Shown: positions 1 to 8,196 of the stretch, piece after piece | Position numbering within the stretch: position 1 is the stretch's first letter | Layout of the letters: every line of letters starts with the position of its first letter | Assembly (NCBI GenBank): GCA_049424145.1 | Contig: JBMSSC010000010.1 | Coordinates: 1-37,829 of the forward strand | Reading direction: 5' to 3' | Length of the DNA: 37,829 nucleotides | Source of the DNA: Bdellovibrionia bacterium | GTDB taxonomy: Bacteria; Bdellovibrionota; UBA1018 | Notes under the pieces: generated by a model | Databases searched by the model: none | Seen by the model: only the letters and a program-made list of their open reading frames with translations | Told to the model about the DNA's origin: nothing | Translations under genes and position numbers: made by a program

Positions 1-3
1 TAA

Positions 4-57
4 AGTTCGGATGCCTTATATCCTCCTGCTAAACCAGGAGGTTTTACGGCATGTTCG
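4..57 (-). mobile_element. IS200/IS605-family left end (subterminal hairpin); rest of element lies outside the window
   Basis: Minus strand reads TTAT|CGAACATGCCGTAAAACCTCCTGGTTTAGCAGGAGGATATAAGGC: outer stem GCC(G/T)TA, inner stem CCTCCTG/CAGGAGG. Same architecture as the end beside tnpA at 4067-4112. TAA at 1-3 may be the stop of an upstream tnpA. Confidence 0.8.
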
Positions 58-61
58 ATAA

Positions 62-581
62 AAATGAGCATCCAAGCCATTGGCAACCAACTCTCGGACT
101 GCTTTACCCGATTCAAACTGGTAGCCGGTCATGAGTTGAATGAGGTGTCGGACCCGTTTTTTTGGTCCTCACTCAGAGTCTGTTTTGCAAGCGCGGATTG
201 AAAGGCGTCTAGGCCGTGAAGCGGTTTTGAGTGAGGATCGGAGTTCTGAGAAAACGCGATCAAATCCTCAAGCAAGCACTCGAAGGCACCCGAGTGCGTC
301 GATTTTGTCCTGGGTCTTGGGCTCATCCCCACAGAGCAACTGGTCGCAGGCAGAGTACTCTCTTGAACTCTTTGTTGAACCCCGGGAAGAAAACGAAGAT
401 CCTCGTTGATCTCCGTTAAGGCTCCCTGATGGGAAAAACTATCTTTCTCCAAACTCTGGGTTTGAAGAGAGGGCAGCGCTGTCTCTGATTTGGCCCAAAC
501 CCATAAGCCGTCTACGACCATGAACCAGGAGCCGAACCAAAGGAGGCTCTTGAGAATCCAGACTTCTTTCTGTGCTCGGAT
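62..581 (-). pseudogene. Probable decayed gene for a secreted or membrane hypothetical protein
   Basis: ORF 129-644. SD GGAGGGG is followed 8 nt later by ATC (581), not ATG, then a signal-like segment (RAQKEVWILKSLLWFGSWFMVVDGLWVWA). After TGA at 129 the frame stays open (PATSLNRVKQSESWLPMAWMLIF) up to the IS TTAT junction. Confidence 0.4.
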
Positions 582-727
582 GTTTGTGTCCCCTCCGGGA
601 CTGTTCATTCTATCTACGATTAAAAATTTTTCATATGAATTCAATACTTATAACGCTCGCAAGACCCTTCTTCTTCCTGTTTAGATTTAGTTGACTAATA
701 TAGTAAATTATTAGTAAACTATTTAAG

Positions 728-1588
728 ATGAGACCCAAGTTCATCCTTGAGGGCAGCTTGCCACTCCGAGAGGCATTGAAAGTGCTGAGAGTTTTAGGAT
801 GCATGATCCTAGGGGGGCCTTTTTTATCCTGTGCTCTCTATTCTCCTTCGTCCTCACAGCCCGTTTCCAAAAACTGCGAAGTGCCTGCCGATCAAAGCGG
901 CACAATCTCAGGTAAATGGGCCATTGGGCCCATACCGGTGGCATTCCAACAAGGAGCCTTCTCAGCCGATGAAATTCGAGCGATCACAGCCGCAATGGAC
1001 ACTTGGAATCAATTCTCCATGAAAGCGCAAGGCGTCACCATGTTTGACTACGGAGGCAGTGCCACTGAGCCAAGACTCTCGGCCTCCCTGAATCCAAAGG
1101 CCTCCAATTCCCTTTGCTCAAGCGGTCTCATCCAAAGCACCTCATTTAAAGGAGCAGTGGTGATTTACAAATTAGGTACTTGGCCGAGCAATTACGCCTC
1201 CTCAGCCATGGCTCTGACCACTTACTGCACGATACCAGGCACCCCGTATAATTCATTCTTCTCGGCCGTGATGGAACTCAACTATCAAAGTTTCTTTGCG
1301 GCAGGCACCGGACGGTACCCGGATCTGCAGACCATTACCCTTCACGAGTTTGGACACTTAGTTGGGCTAAATCATAGTTGTGAATTTGACAACAAATCTG
1401 GTACGCCTAACTGCTCGAGTCCGAGCTTAAACCCAGAGTATTTTATTGCCAGCATGTACCCCCGCTTCGGGTTTGATGGCTCCGGCGCAGGAGAAGTCAA
1501 ACAAATACTGAGAACCAATGACCAAACGCGGACCAACTGCATCTACTCACCGACCAATACCAAAATCGCAGGCGCTCCCACGCCTTAA
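728..1588 (+). CDS. Matrixin/metzincin-family zinc metalloprotease, probable lipoprotein
   Basis: HEFGHLVGLNH (HExxHxxGxxH), Met-turn SMYP, hydrophobic N-terminus ending FLSC (lipobox-like). Confidence 0.85.
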   Translation: MRPKFILEGSLPLREALKVLRVLGCMILGGPFLSCALYSPSSSQPVSKNCEVPADQSGTISGKWAIGPIPVAFQQGAFSADEIRAITAAMDTWNQFSMKAQGVTMFDYGGSATEPRLSASLNPKASNSLCSSGLIQSTSFKGAVVIYKLGTWPSNYASSAMALTTYCTIPGTPYNSFFSAVMELNYQSFFAAGTGRYPDLQTITLHEFGHLVGLNHSCEFDNKSGTPNCSSPSLNPEYFIASMYPRFGFDGSGAGEVKQILRTNDQTRTNCIYSPTNTKIAGAPTP

Positions 1589-1610
1589 GAAAGAGGAGGA
1601 GCCCCATGGG

Positions 1611-2303
1611 TTGGCCAAAGCCCATCGAGCGGACCTCCCATTTGAAGTCTATTACGAGGACCCTCATCTCCTTGTGCTTTCAAAACCCTCGGGACTGCTC
1701 AGTCAGGGAGAGAAAACTGGAGACGTCAACCTCGTCGACCTTTTACGGCAGTACTTAGGGAGACCTTACGTAGGACTCGTTCATCGCTTAGATCGAAACA
1801 CCTCAGGACTCATGGTGGTAGCCAAACGCACCAAGTCGGCTCAACGCCTGACATCTGCCCTACAAAACGGAGAACTGCGGAGAACTTACCTAGCCTGGCT
1901 TGTTGGCAAGCTCTTGAAACCTCAAACGTGGCGTCACGAACTCAAAAAGAACGAAAAAACCAATCAGGTCTCCGTTGTTCGCCAAGGCGGAAAGGGAGCC
2001 TCTCTTTGGGTTCAACCTCGGGGCTACGCCCAGCTCAAGCGTACAACTCTAACCCTTGCTGAATTTGAGCTTCAGACGGGAAGGTCCCATCAGATTCGCG
2101 TCCAAGCGGCTTACGAAGGATTTCCTGTCTTAGGAGATACCAAGTATGGCCGCTCTCCCCAGATGACGCCCCTTGAAGTAAGGGAAGTTCCCCCTTTCCT
2201 ACGCTTAGCTCTTCATTCTCATCGCCTTGAGTTTCCTCACCCGATCTCTAAAGAAGTCTTGAAATTTGAATCCCCCCTACCCCCGGAGCTCCAACTCGCA
2301 TGA
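1611..2303 (+). CDS. RluA-family pseudouridine synthase
   Basis: KPSG, HRLDRNTSG (catalytic Asp), TGRSHQIRV, GDTKYG, LALHS. Start set to TTG 1611, 9 nt after SD GAGGAGGAG (track start 1518 overlaps the upstream gene). Confidence 0.92.
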   Translation: MAKAHRADLPFEVYYEDPHLLVLSKPSGLLSQGEKTGDVNLVDLLRQYLGRPYVGLVHRLDRNTSGLMVVAKRTKSAQRLTSALQNGELRRTYLAWLVGKLLKPQTWRHELKKNEKTNQVSVVRQGGKGASLWVQPRGYAQLKRTTLTLAEFELQTGRSHQIRVQAAYEGFPVLGDTKYGRSPQMTPLEVREVPPFLRLALHSHRLEFPHPISKEVLKFESPLPPELQLA

Positions 2304-3016
2304 GCCTCAATCTCCTCTCCCCTCAGATTCTCTTTCAATCAGATGAGTGGCTGGTGGTTTCAAAACCGGCAGGCTTAAGAACCATCTCAGGACGACTCCC
2401 ATCGCTCTCTCCCACGGACTCCTTGGAGACACCCGCTTCCATTTCTGATCCGAGCTCAAACCAAAACTCCACTCTCATGAGCTGGGCTGAAGCAAAAACC
2501 GGAAAAAAGCTCCTCATCGTTCATCGACTTGATATTCAGACCAGTGGCGTCGTGCTTTTTGCTCAAACTGCATCCGCCCATCGAAAGGCCAACCTCTGGT
2601 TTCAAAACCGACAGGTTAAAAAAACTTACATGGCGCTTGCCCGAGGCAAGCCGCAAGTCCCCTTTTGGAAAATCACTCTCCCCATTGAAGGCGCAAGCTC
2701 CCTGACTCAAGTCCAAGTTGAGGAACAATTCAGTCACGCCTTTTTAGCCCAGGTTCATCCCCGATCAGGACGTAAGCATCAAATTCGCATTCACCTCTCG
2801 CAGTCGGGATACCCTCTTTTAGGCGACCCTCGCTATGGCGGACCCATCGAAATTCAGGGATTTGAACCCCAAGTCACTATCTCCATCCCACGAGTCGCTT
2901 TACATGCTTCCTCCTTACATCTGCCTTCCGGGGAACACTTTCAGGCCCCCCTCCCCTCTGACTTTTTAACCTGGATCGATCAACTCAGAAAGGACGTCCC
3001 CCATGAACCCACTTGA
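2300..3016 (+). CDS. Second RluA-family pseudouridine synthase
   Basis: KPAG, HRLDIQTSG, SGRKHQIRIH, GDPRYG, ALHA; ATGA overlap with the preceding gene. Confidence 0.92.
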   Translation: MSLNLLSPQILFQSDEWLVVSKPAGLRTISGRLPSLSPTDSLETPASISDPSSNQNSTLMSWAEAKTGKKLLIVHRLDIQTSGVVLFAQTASAHRKANLWFQNRQVKKTYMALARGKPQVPFWKITLPIEGASSLTQVQVEEQFSHAFLAQVHPRSGRKHQIRIHLSQSGYPLLGDPRYGGPIEIQGFEPQVTISIPRVALHASSLHLPSGEHFQAPLPSDFLTWIDQLRKDVPHEPT

Positions 3017-3980
3017 GCAAGCCTGGCAACTGCGTGAGCAGCAAGGACTCTTTCGCTCCACCCAAGCCCTCCGGGTTTTTCACGGACCTGCTGAAGGATA
3101 TGCGCATCTAAAAAATTTAGCCATTGATCGTTTTGGAGATCACTATTGGGTCACTCAATGGGAGAAGACGAGTGCCTCAAACTCAAAGCCCCTTGATGCC
3201 TGGACCTTAGCCGAAAACGAAATCATCTCCTTTCTCCAATCCAAAGAAGCGCAATGCATCGTTGCCTCACTCCGCCCCACACACGGGGGACCCAAGGAAC
3301 CTCAACTTTGGAGCGGCACCCCTCCGCAAAACCGATTTCTGGTTCAAGAAGGTACCCTGAAGTTCTGGATTCAGTTTCAAAACTCTCGACACCCAGGTCT
3401 ATTCTTAGACCATGCGCCGCTACGCCAATGGCTTCTGCATTCGTGTGCAGGGCTACGCGTGTTAAACACCTTCTCTTACACAGCGAGTCTTTCTGTGGCC
3501 GCAGCTGCAGGCAAAGCCTCTCAGGTCACAAGTCTTGATCTCTCTCAACCCTCCTTGGACTGGGGCATGGAAAACTTTCAGGCAAATCAGATTCCTTTAA
3601 CCCCCCACTCTTTTCTAGCAGGCGATGTGTTCGAATGGTTCCCACGGTTCAAAAAACAAGGCCGCACCTTTGACTGCATCATCTTAGACCCCCCCTCTTT
3701 TTCGCACGGAAAGAAAAAAACTTTCTCCACTGCAAAAGATCTAGAGGTCCTCCACGGACTTGCTATGGAAGTTCTTGCGCCTCAAGGGCTGCTGATCACT
3801 TCTATTAATTCCGCCAATATTGCTGTGAAAAAATTTGAAGCCGACATCCTGGCCGCCGCACGAAAGGCTCGTCGAACCTTTAACGTCTTAAGAGAATTGG
3901 ATCTACCTGAGTCGTTTCCCACGCCCTTTGGACAAGTCTCCGATCGGTACTTAAAAGGCTGGATCCTTAGAAGCCTCTGA
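3003..3980 (+). CDS. Class I SAM-dependent RNA methyltransferase, RlmI/RlmK-like
   Basis: PGLFLDH, VLNTFSYT (motif I variant), FDCIILDPPSF, terminal YLK; overlaps the upstream rluA gene. Confidence 0.88.
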   Translation: MNPLEQAWQLREQQGLFRSTQALRVFHGPAEGYAHLKNLAIDRFGDHYWVTQWEKTSASNSKPLDAWTLAENEIISFLQSKEAQCIVASLRPTHGGPKEPQLWSGTPPQNRFLVQEGTLKFWIQFQNSRHPGLFLDHAPLRQWLLHSCAGLRVLNTFSYTASLSVAAAAGKASQVTSLDLSQPSLDWGMENFQANQIPLTPHSFLAGDVFEWFPRFKKQGRTFDCIILDPPSFSHGKKKTFSTAKDLEVLHGLAMEVLAPQGLLITSINSANIAVKKFEADILAAARKARRTFNVLRELDLPESFPTPFGQVSDRYLKGWILRSL

Positions 3981-4066
3981 GCATCGTCACCGATCCTCGT
4001 AAAATCGCCTGTTGGTTTCCCTGATGTTCGAGCGCTCGAAAATTGGGACAAAAAATGGGTAATTAT

Positions 4067-4520
4067 CAAATACGCCGTAAAACTCGCCCGTTCAGGGGCG
4101 AGATCTAAGGCGTCCGCACGTTAGTGCGGTGTCTGCTGCTGCTCTATGTATTGCTTGATGACTTCCAAGGGGGCACCCCCACAAGAGCCTGCGAAATAGC
4201 TCCCACTCCAAAGAGAATCCATCCAGATAGATTTGTGCAAGGCTGGGAATTGCTGCTTCCGAACATGGCGAGAAGATACGCCTTTGAGGCTGTTGACTAG
4301 ACTGGAGACTGACACTTTTGGGGGATAATTAATGAGTAGGTGGACGTGGTCACCTTCGCCAGTGAACTCTTTCAGTTCTGCCTCAAAGTCGGTACAAACA
4401 TCCCGAAATATGGACTCCATGAAGCTCAGAATCTCTTGAGTCAAAGAGTTTCTTTCGATATTTCGCGACAAATACCAAATGCACATGCATCATGAAAACG
4501 CAGTGTCTGCCATGTCTAAC
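4067..4520 (+). mobile_element. Truncated IS200/IS605 (IS609-like) element: left end plus tnpA, no tnpB or right end
   Basis: TTAT (4063-4066) then CAAATACGCCGTAAAACTCGCCCGTTCAGGGGCGAGATCTAAGGCG hairpin (CTCGCCC/GGGCGAG); tnpA points toward this end, as in IS605-type divergent layouts. Confidence 0.88.
4121..4520 (-). pseudogene. tnpA: IS200/IS605 Y1 HUH transposase TnpA, frameshifted and lacking a start codon
   Basis: DHVHLLINYPPK (HUH), LKGVSSR, LWSGSYF, QYIEQQ (catalytic Tyr). The conserved N-terminus VRHGRHCVFMMHVHLVFVAKYRKKLF (4520-4443) is in another frame; removing one base near 4442 restores a single frame. Confidence 0.9.
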
Positions 4521-4891
4521 TCCAGGAGTTGTTCGCTTTCTTTCTATTCGATCGATTGACGAAAGATTTTGCGCGTGAAGATCATGCGGAGCTCGTGTTC
4601 AACGATACCCTGAATACGGACGTGCTATTTTTAGATGACCTTGGAACCCAGCAAGGAAAGCCCTGGGAAACCGAGCGCCTATTTCAGCTTCTAGATCGGC
4701 GGCTGAGTGCGGATCTCCCGATCTTCGTGAACACGAATCTTACTCCAGAGGAGCTGCGGGAGATGCTTCATGAGCGCACACTGTCGCTCCTTGTGGGGCT
4801 TTGTGTGCCGATCACCCTCAAATCGAGAGATCAACGGCGGGATACCTTTACCGACCGCCTTCGGGAGCTTCAGCGGCGGAAGGACGGCTAA
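4520..4891 (+). pseudogene. C-terminal half of a DnaC/IstB-like AAA+ ATPase
   Basis: Walker B VLFLDDLG, LFQLLDRR, PIFVNTNLTPEEL, terminal DQRR; no Walker A; begins abruptly at the tnpA junction. Confidence 0.8.
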
Positions 4892-4902
4892 AAAGGGCCT
4901 CA

Positions 4903-4983
4903 GTCCCAATATGTGAGAATTGGGACAGAAATAAGGCTATAATACGTTATATGGTGGTATTGGGACAAAAACCTGTCCCGATA
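4903..4983 (+). promoter_or_regulatory. Promoter/operator region of the Fic gene
   Basis: TATAAT (4938-4943) lies between two inverted pairs: GTCCCAAT(4903)/ATTGGGAC(4919) and TATTGGGACA(4958)/TGTCCCGATA(4974). SD GGAGG at 4994. Confidence 0.6.
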
Positions 4984-5005
4984 CTCCGAATGTGGAGGAA
5001 ATTTG

Positions 5006-6397
5006 GTGGCAAAGAAAAAGGCTGATCTTGAGGCGCTCGTTTTGGCACTTCTGAAGAAAAAGAAGGAGATCAGCGTGCCCGACGTCGCTCAGGCGGCTGG
5101 GATGTCGAAGTCAGATGAAGGCGATCGAAAAGCGATCCGCCGTGTGCTCACCACGCTCGTGGAGCGTGGAGTGCTCGAAGCACGCGGGGCCGCGCGCGCG
5201 CGCGTATACGCCTCTTTGACCACCGCCGCGGCCGAAGCGCCGAAATCGCAGGAAGACTCAAAACCCTTCAAAGATATTCCTCTTTCCCAGGAGAGCAAAC
5301 GCCTTTTGAAATACGTCTCTCAATCGCTCCAAGCGCGTGCGCCGGTTGGATACAACCAGGATTTCTTGCGCTCGTATGAACCGAATCAATCTTTTTATCT
5401 TACGGCCGCCCAACGAGCGGAGCTCTTGAAAACGGGCACCGCCGAAAACGCAGCGCGTCCTGCGGGAACTTACGCGCGAAATATTTTGAATCGCCTTTTA
5501 ATCGACCTGTCGTGGAACTCAAGCCGCCTCGAGGGAAACACTTACTCTCTCTTGGAAACCAAGCGCCTCATTGAGCTCGGCGAAAGCGCATCCGGCAAGG
5601 ATGCCTCCGAAGCGCAGATGATTTTGAACCACAAGGGAGCCATCGAATACATCATCGAATCGGCCGCTGAAGAAAAAATCAGCTCTCACGAGGTGTGCAG
5701 TATCCATGCGCTTCTTTCAGAAAACCTTTTGGGTGATCCGAGTGCTTCGGGTCGCATTCGCCAGATCGCGCTCGGTGTCGGCGGCACGAACTACATGCCG
5801 CTCGAAAACCCGCACGTCTTGAAGGAATGCTTTCAAATTTTCATCGAGAAGCTCAACCAAATCGAAGATCAGTTTGAGCAGTCTTTCTTTGCGCTGGTGC
5901 AGCTCTCGTACATGCAAGTCTTCGAGGACGTGAACAAACGAACCGCGCGGTTGGTGGCCAACATTCCTTTGATCAAAAAGAATTTGCGGCCACTTTCGTT
6001 CATGGACGTCGACCAGGAGGCATACGTTCAATCTCTTCTTGGTGTCTATGAGAAGAACGACGTGAGCCTTTTCCGCGATCTTTATCTTTGGGCCTACACG
6101 CGCTCGGCGCAGCGCTATTCGGGGATTCAACAGGCAATGGGAGAACCAAACCTGCTCAAGCTGAAATACCGCGCTGAAATCCAGGAGATCATCCGCGCAG
6201 TGATTCTAGAGAAAGTTGCGGGGCCACAAGTTGTCCACCGGGTCCAAAGTCTTGTGGAAGCCAAAAAACTTCCAGAGACGAATGCGGCAGAGTTGTTTAA
6301 GCTAGTAGAAACAGAGATCGTTAGCCTCCATGACGGAAATATTGCTCGGTTCAAAATCAGGCCGAGTGAATTTCAGGAATGGAAGAGCCTACAGTGA
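5006..6397 (+). CDS. Fic-family protein with N-terminal wHTH-like domain
   Basis: Inhibitory-helix motif SSRLEGN, MILNHK, Fic motif variant QVFEDVNKRTAR, N-terminal 'ISVPDVAQAAGMS...AIRRVLTTLVERGVLEARG'. GTG start 7 nt after GGAGG; CpG-rich codons unlike the flanks. Confidence 0.9.
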   Translation: MAKKKADLEALVLALLKKKKEISVPDVAQAAGMSKSDEGDRKAIRRVLTTLVERGVLEARGAARARVYASLTTAAAEAPKSQEDSKPFKDIPLSQESKRLLKYVSQSLQARAPVGYNQDFLRSYEPNQSFYLTAAQRAELLKTGTAENAARPAGTYARNILNRLLIDLSWNSSRLEGNTYSLLETKRLIELGESASGKDASEAQMILNHKGAIEYIIESAAEEKISSHEVCSIHALLSENLLGDPSASGRIRQIALGVGGTNYMPLENPHVLKECFQIFIEKLNQIEDQFEQSFFALVQLSYMQVFEDVNKRTARLVANIPLIKKNLRPLSFMDVDQEAYVQSLLGVYEKNDVSLFRDLYLWAYTRSAQRYSGIQQAMGEPNLLKLKYRAEIQEIIRAVILEKVAGPQVVHRVQSLVEAKKLPETNAAELFKLVETEIVSLHDGNIARFKIRPSEFQEWKSLQ

Positions 6398-6550
6398 AAT
6401 TTATTAAAATCAGAAACCAAGGATAGAGAGGAAGCTATAAGCAATTGTTGCGTAAAGCGAGGGAGCTCCAGCGCCTAAGAAGCCTTTTTCCGCCAGGCAC
6501 AGCCAAGAACCCGTGAACCGAGAAGAACCGAACCAGAACAACCTGAAAAA

Positions 6551-6627
6551 TGGTGCACCCAGAGAGACTCGAACTCCCAACCCTCAGTTCCGAAGACTGA
6601 TGCTCTATCCGGTTGAGCTATGGGTGC
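6551..6627 (-). tRNA. tRNA-Arg (anticodon UCG)
   Basis: GCACCCA acceptor stem pairs with TGGGTGC, then A-CCA; D arm GCTC/GAGC; anticodon arm TCAGT-CT TCG GA-ACTGA; T loop GTTCGAG; 77 nt. Confidence 0.97.
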
Positions 6628-6664
6628 ATTTCCCAAATGACTTGCCGTCCAATTAAGATTCCTC

Positions 6665-6693
6665 CTCTTATCACTTTGTCTTTACGATCTCAA
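6665..6693 (-). promoter_or_regulatory. Possible sigma70-type promoter of the tRNA
   Basis: TTGAGA-17 nt-TAAGAG with TGn extension, about 40 nt upstream of the tRNA 5' end. Confidence 0.35.
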
Positions 6694-6818
6694 CAAGAAG
6701 AACACTAAAACAGAGAGCTTTTCTTTTTAGAGGCGTTCGGAGTGAGCCCGATTCCTCCCTCAAGTCGAACCAACAGCAACAACCCAACCCCGGGCACTAA
6801 AACAGGACCTCATGCCCA

Positions 6819-7739
6819 CTAACGACTGGTGCGACTCGGATCACACCGTTCCGATTGAAAAAGCTCGGGGTGCTCAATTTGAATCGTCGTATGGCGGATT
6901 CGATACTTCTCCGATAAGAGACCATGAGCGGCATCCAAAAGGCGTTCCGTCTGACGAGAGATCAGGTGAACACTTAACGCCAGCCTCCCGTTGGACACAC
7001 TCCAGATGTGCAGATTATGAACCTCTTCGACCCCCTCAAGCGCTTCTAAATCAGCTCGCACCTGATTGGGATTGAGATGGGAGGGAGCAGACTCCATGAG
7101 CACGCCCAGGGTTTCTTTGAGAAGACCCCATGAACTCAAAAGCATGAGCACGGCAAAGAGGATTGAAATCAGCGGATCAATCGGCTGCCAACCCGTCAAC
7201 CAAAGCACCGCGCCTGAAACAATCGCTCCAATACTACCTAGGGAGTCCGAGAGCAAATGCAAATATGCCGCTTTGACGTTGATATTTGATTCTTTTGCCG
7301 GATGCAAAATCCGCATGCTCAGGAGATTGGCTAAAAGCCCCACACTTGCCACAATAAAAACAATGGGAGCCTGAACCACAGGCGGAGCCTTCAGCCTTAA
7401 AACCGCCTCAAAAATCAGCACTCCGCCCACGAACCAGATCAACAGAACACTGATGAGTGCCCCTAAAATCTCAGCTCGCCCATAACCAAAGCTCATGCTG
7501 GGAGTGGATGGCCTGCGCGCATACCAAAGCGCAAACAGACTTAGACTCATGGCCCCAATATCCGTCAACATGTGAGCTCCGTCGGAGACCAAGGCCAAAC
7601 TATTGGCCCACCAGCCCCCTACGAACTCCACCACCATAAAAAGCGCTGTAATGAAGATCGCCTTCCACAAGAGCCGGGGCGTCTGATGAGCAAAAACGTG
7701 ATGGTCATGACTGTGGCTGTGAGAGTGCTCAAGACTCAT
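6819..7739 (-). CDS. Cation diffusion facilitator (CzcD/ZitB-like Zn/Co/Cd exporter)
   Basis: His-rich N-terminus, SLALVSDGAHMLTD, FGYGRAEIL, HLLSDSLGS, VHNLHIW, HTTIQIE; six hydrophobic segments. Confidence 0.93.
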   Translation of the reverse strand: MSLEHSHSHSHDHHVFAHQTPRLLWKAIFITALFMVVEFVGGWWANSLALVSDGAHMLTDIGAMSLSLFALWYARRPSTPSMSFGYGRAEILGALISVLLIWFVGGVLIFEAVLRLKAPPVVQAPIVFIVASVGLLANLLSMRILHPAKESNINVKAAYLHLLSDSLGSIGAIVSGAVLWLTGWQPIDPLISILFAVLMLLSSWGLLKETLGVLMESAPSHLNPNQVRADLEALEGVEEVHNLHIWSVSNGRLALSVHLISRQTERLLDAAHGLLSEKYRIRHTTIQIEHPELFQSERCDPSRTSR

Positions 7740-7770
7740 GAAATTGAACTCAACGCGTTAGACTTCATTT

Positions 7771-8196
7771 CTAAATCTGACTCAGGGTTTGGACTGACTC
7801 AAAACACGCCGCAGCCGCTTCTCGTCCCTTGTTATGGGAGTCTTGGGCACTGCGCAGGACAGCCTGCTCGTCGGTATAGGTGGTGAGAATTCCAAAGGAG
7901 ATCGGAGTTTCCGTTTCCAAAGAGCTCTGCATCAACCCCAACGTTGCTCCTAAACTGATGAATTCAAAATGAGCCGTATCCCCTTTGATGACGCAGCCTA
8001 AGCAAATCACCCCGGAGTAGCGTTTGGTTTTGGCCAAGCGCTGAGCAATCAAGGGAATCTCAAAGGCTCCAGGAGCAGGGAAAATATCACGTGAGTCTAA
8101 GGAGCAGTTTTTTTCTTTAAGGTAATCCAAGGCCCCTTGGAGAAGTCCCTGAGTGACTTCCGGATTAAACTGACTCACCACGACTGCAAATCTCAT
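7771..8196 (-). CDS. ribH: 6,7-dimethyl-8-ribityllumazine synthase
   Basis: [31 protein letters not shown]; start at MRFAVVV overlapping the ribBA stop (ATGA). Confidence 0.95.
   Translation of the reverse strand: MRFAVVVSQFNPEVTQGLLQGALDYLKEKNCSLDSRDIFPAPGAFEIPLIAQRLAKTKRYSGVICLGCVIKGDTAHFEFISLGATLGLMQSSLETETPISFGILTTYTDEQAVLRSAQDSHNKGREAAAACFESVQTLSQI

Noticed and set aside
3981..4066. att duplication of the tRNA-Arg 3' end
   Set aside because: Only AAAAATGG is shared with 6546-6553; too short and mostly outside the tRNA.
4121..4486. Intact 121-aa TnpA as given in the ORF track
   Set aside because: Its first ~15 residues are out of frame relative to the conserved TnpA N-terminus.
4529..4891. 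Intact IS21 istB
   Set aside because: No Walker A, no istA and no IS21 terminal repeats seen.
6510..6545. GAACC short repeats next to the tRNA
   Set aside because: Irregular and low complexity; no defined unit or stem.
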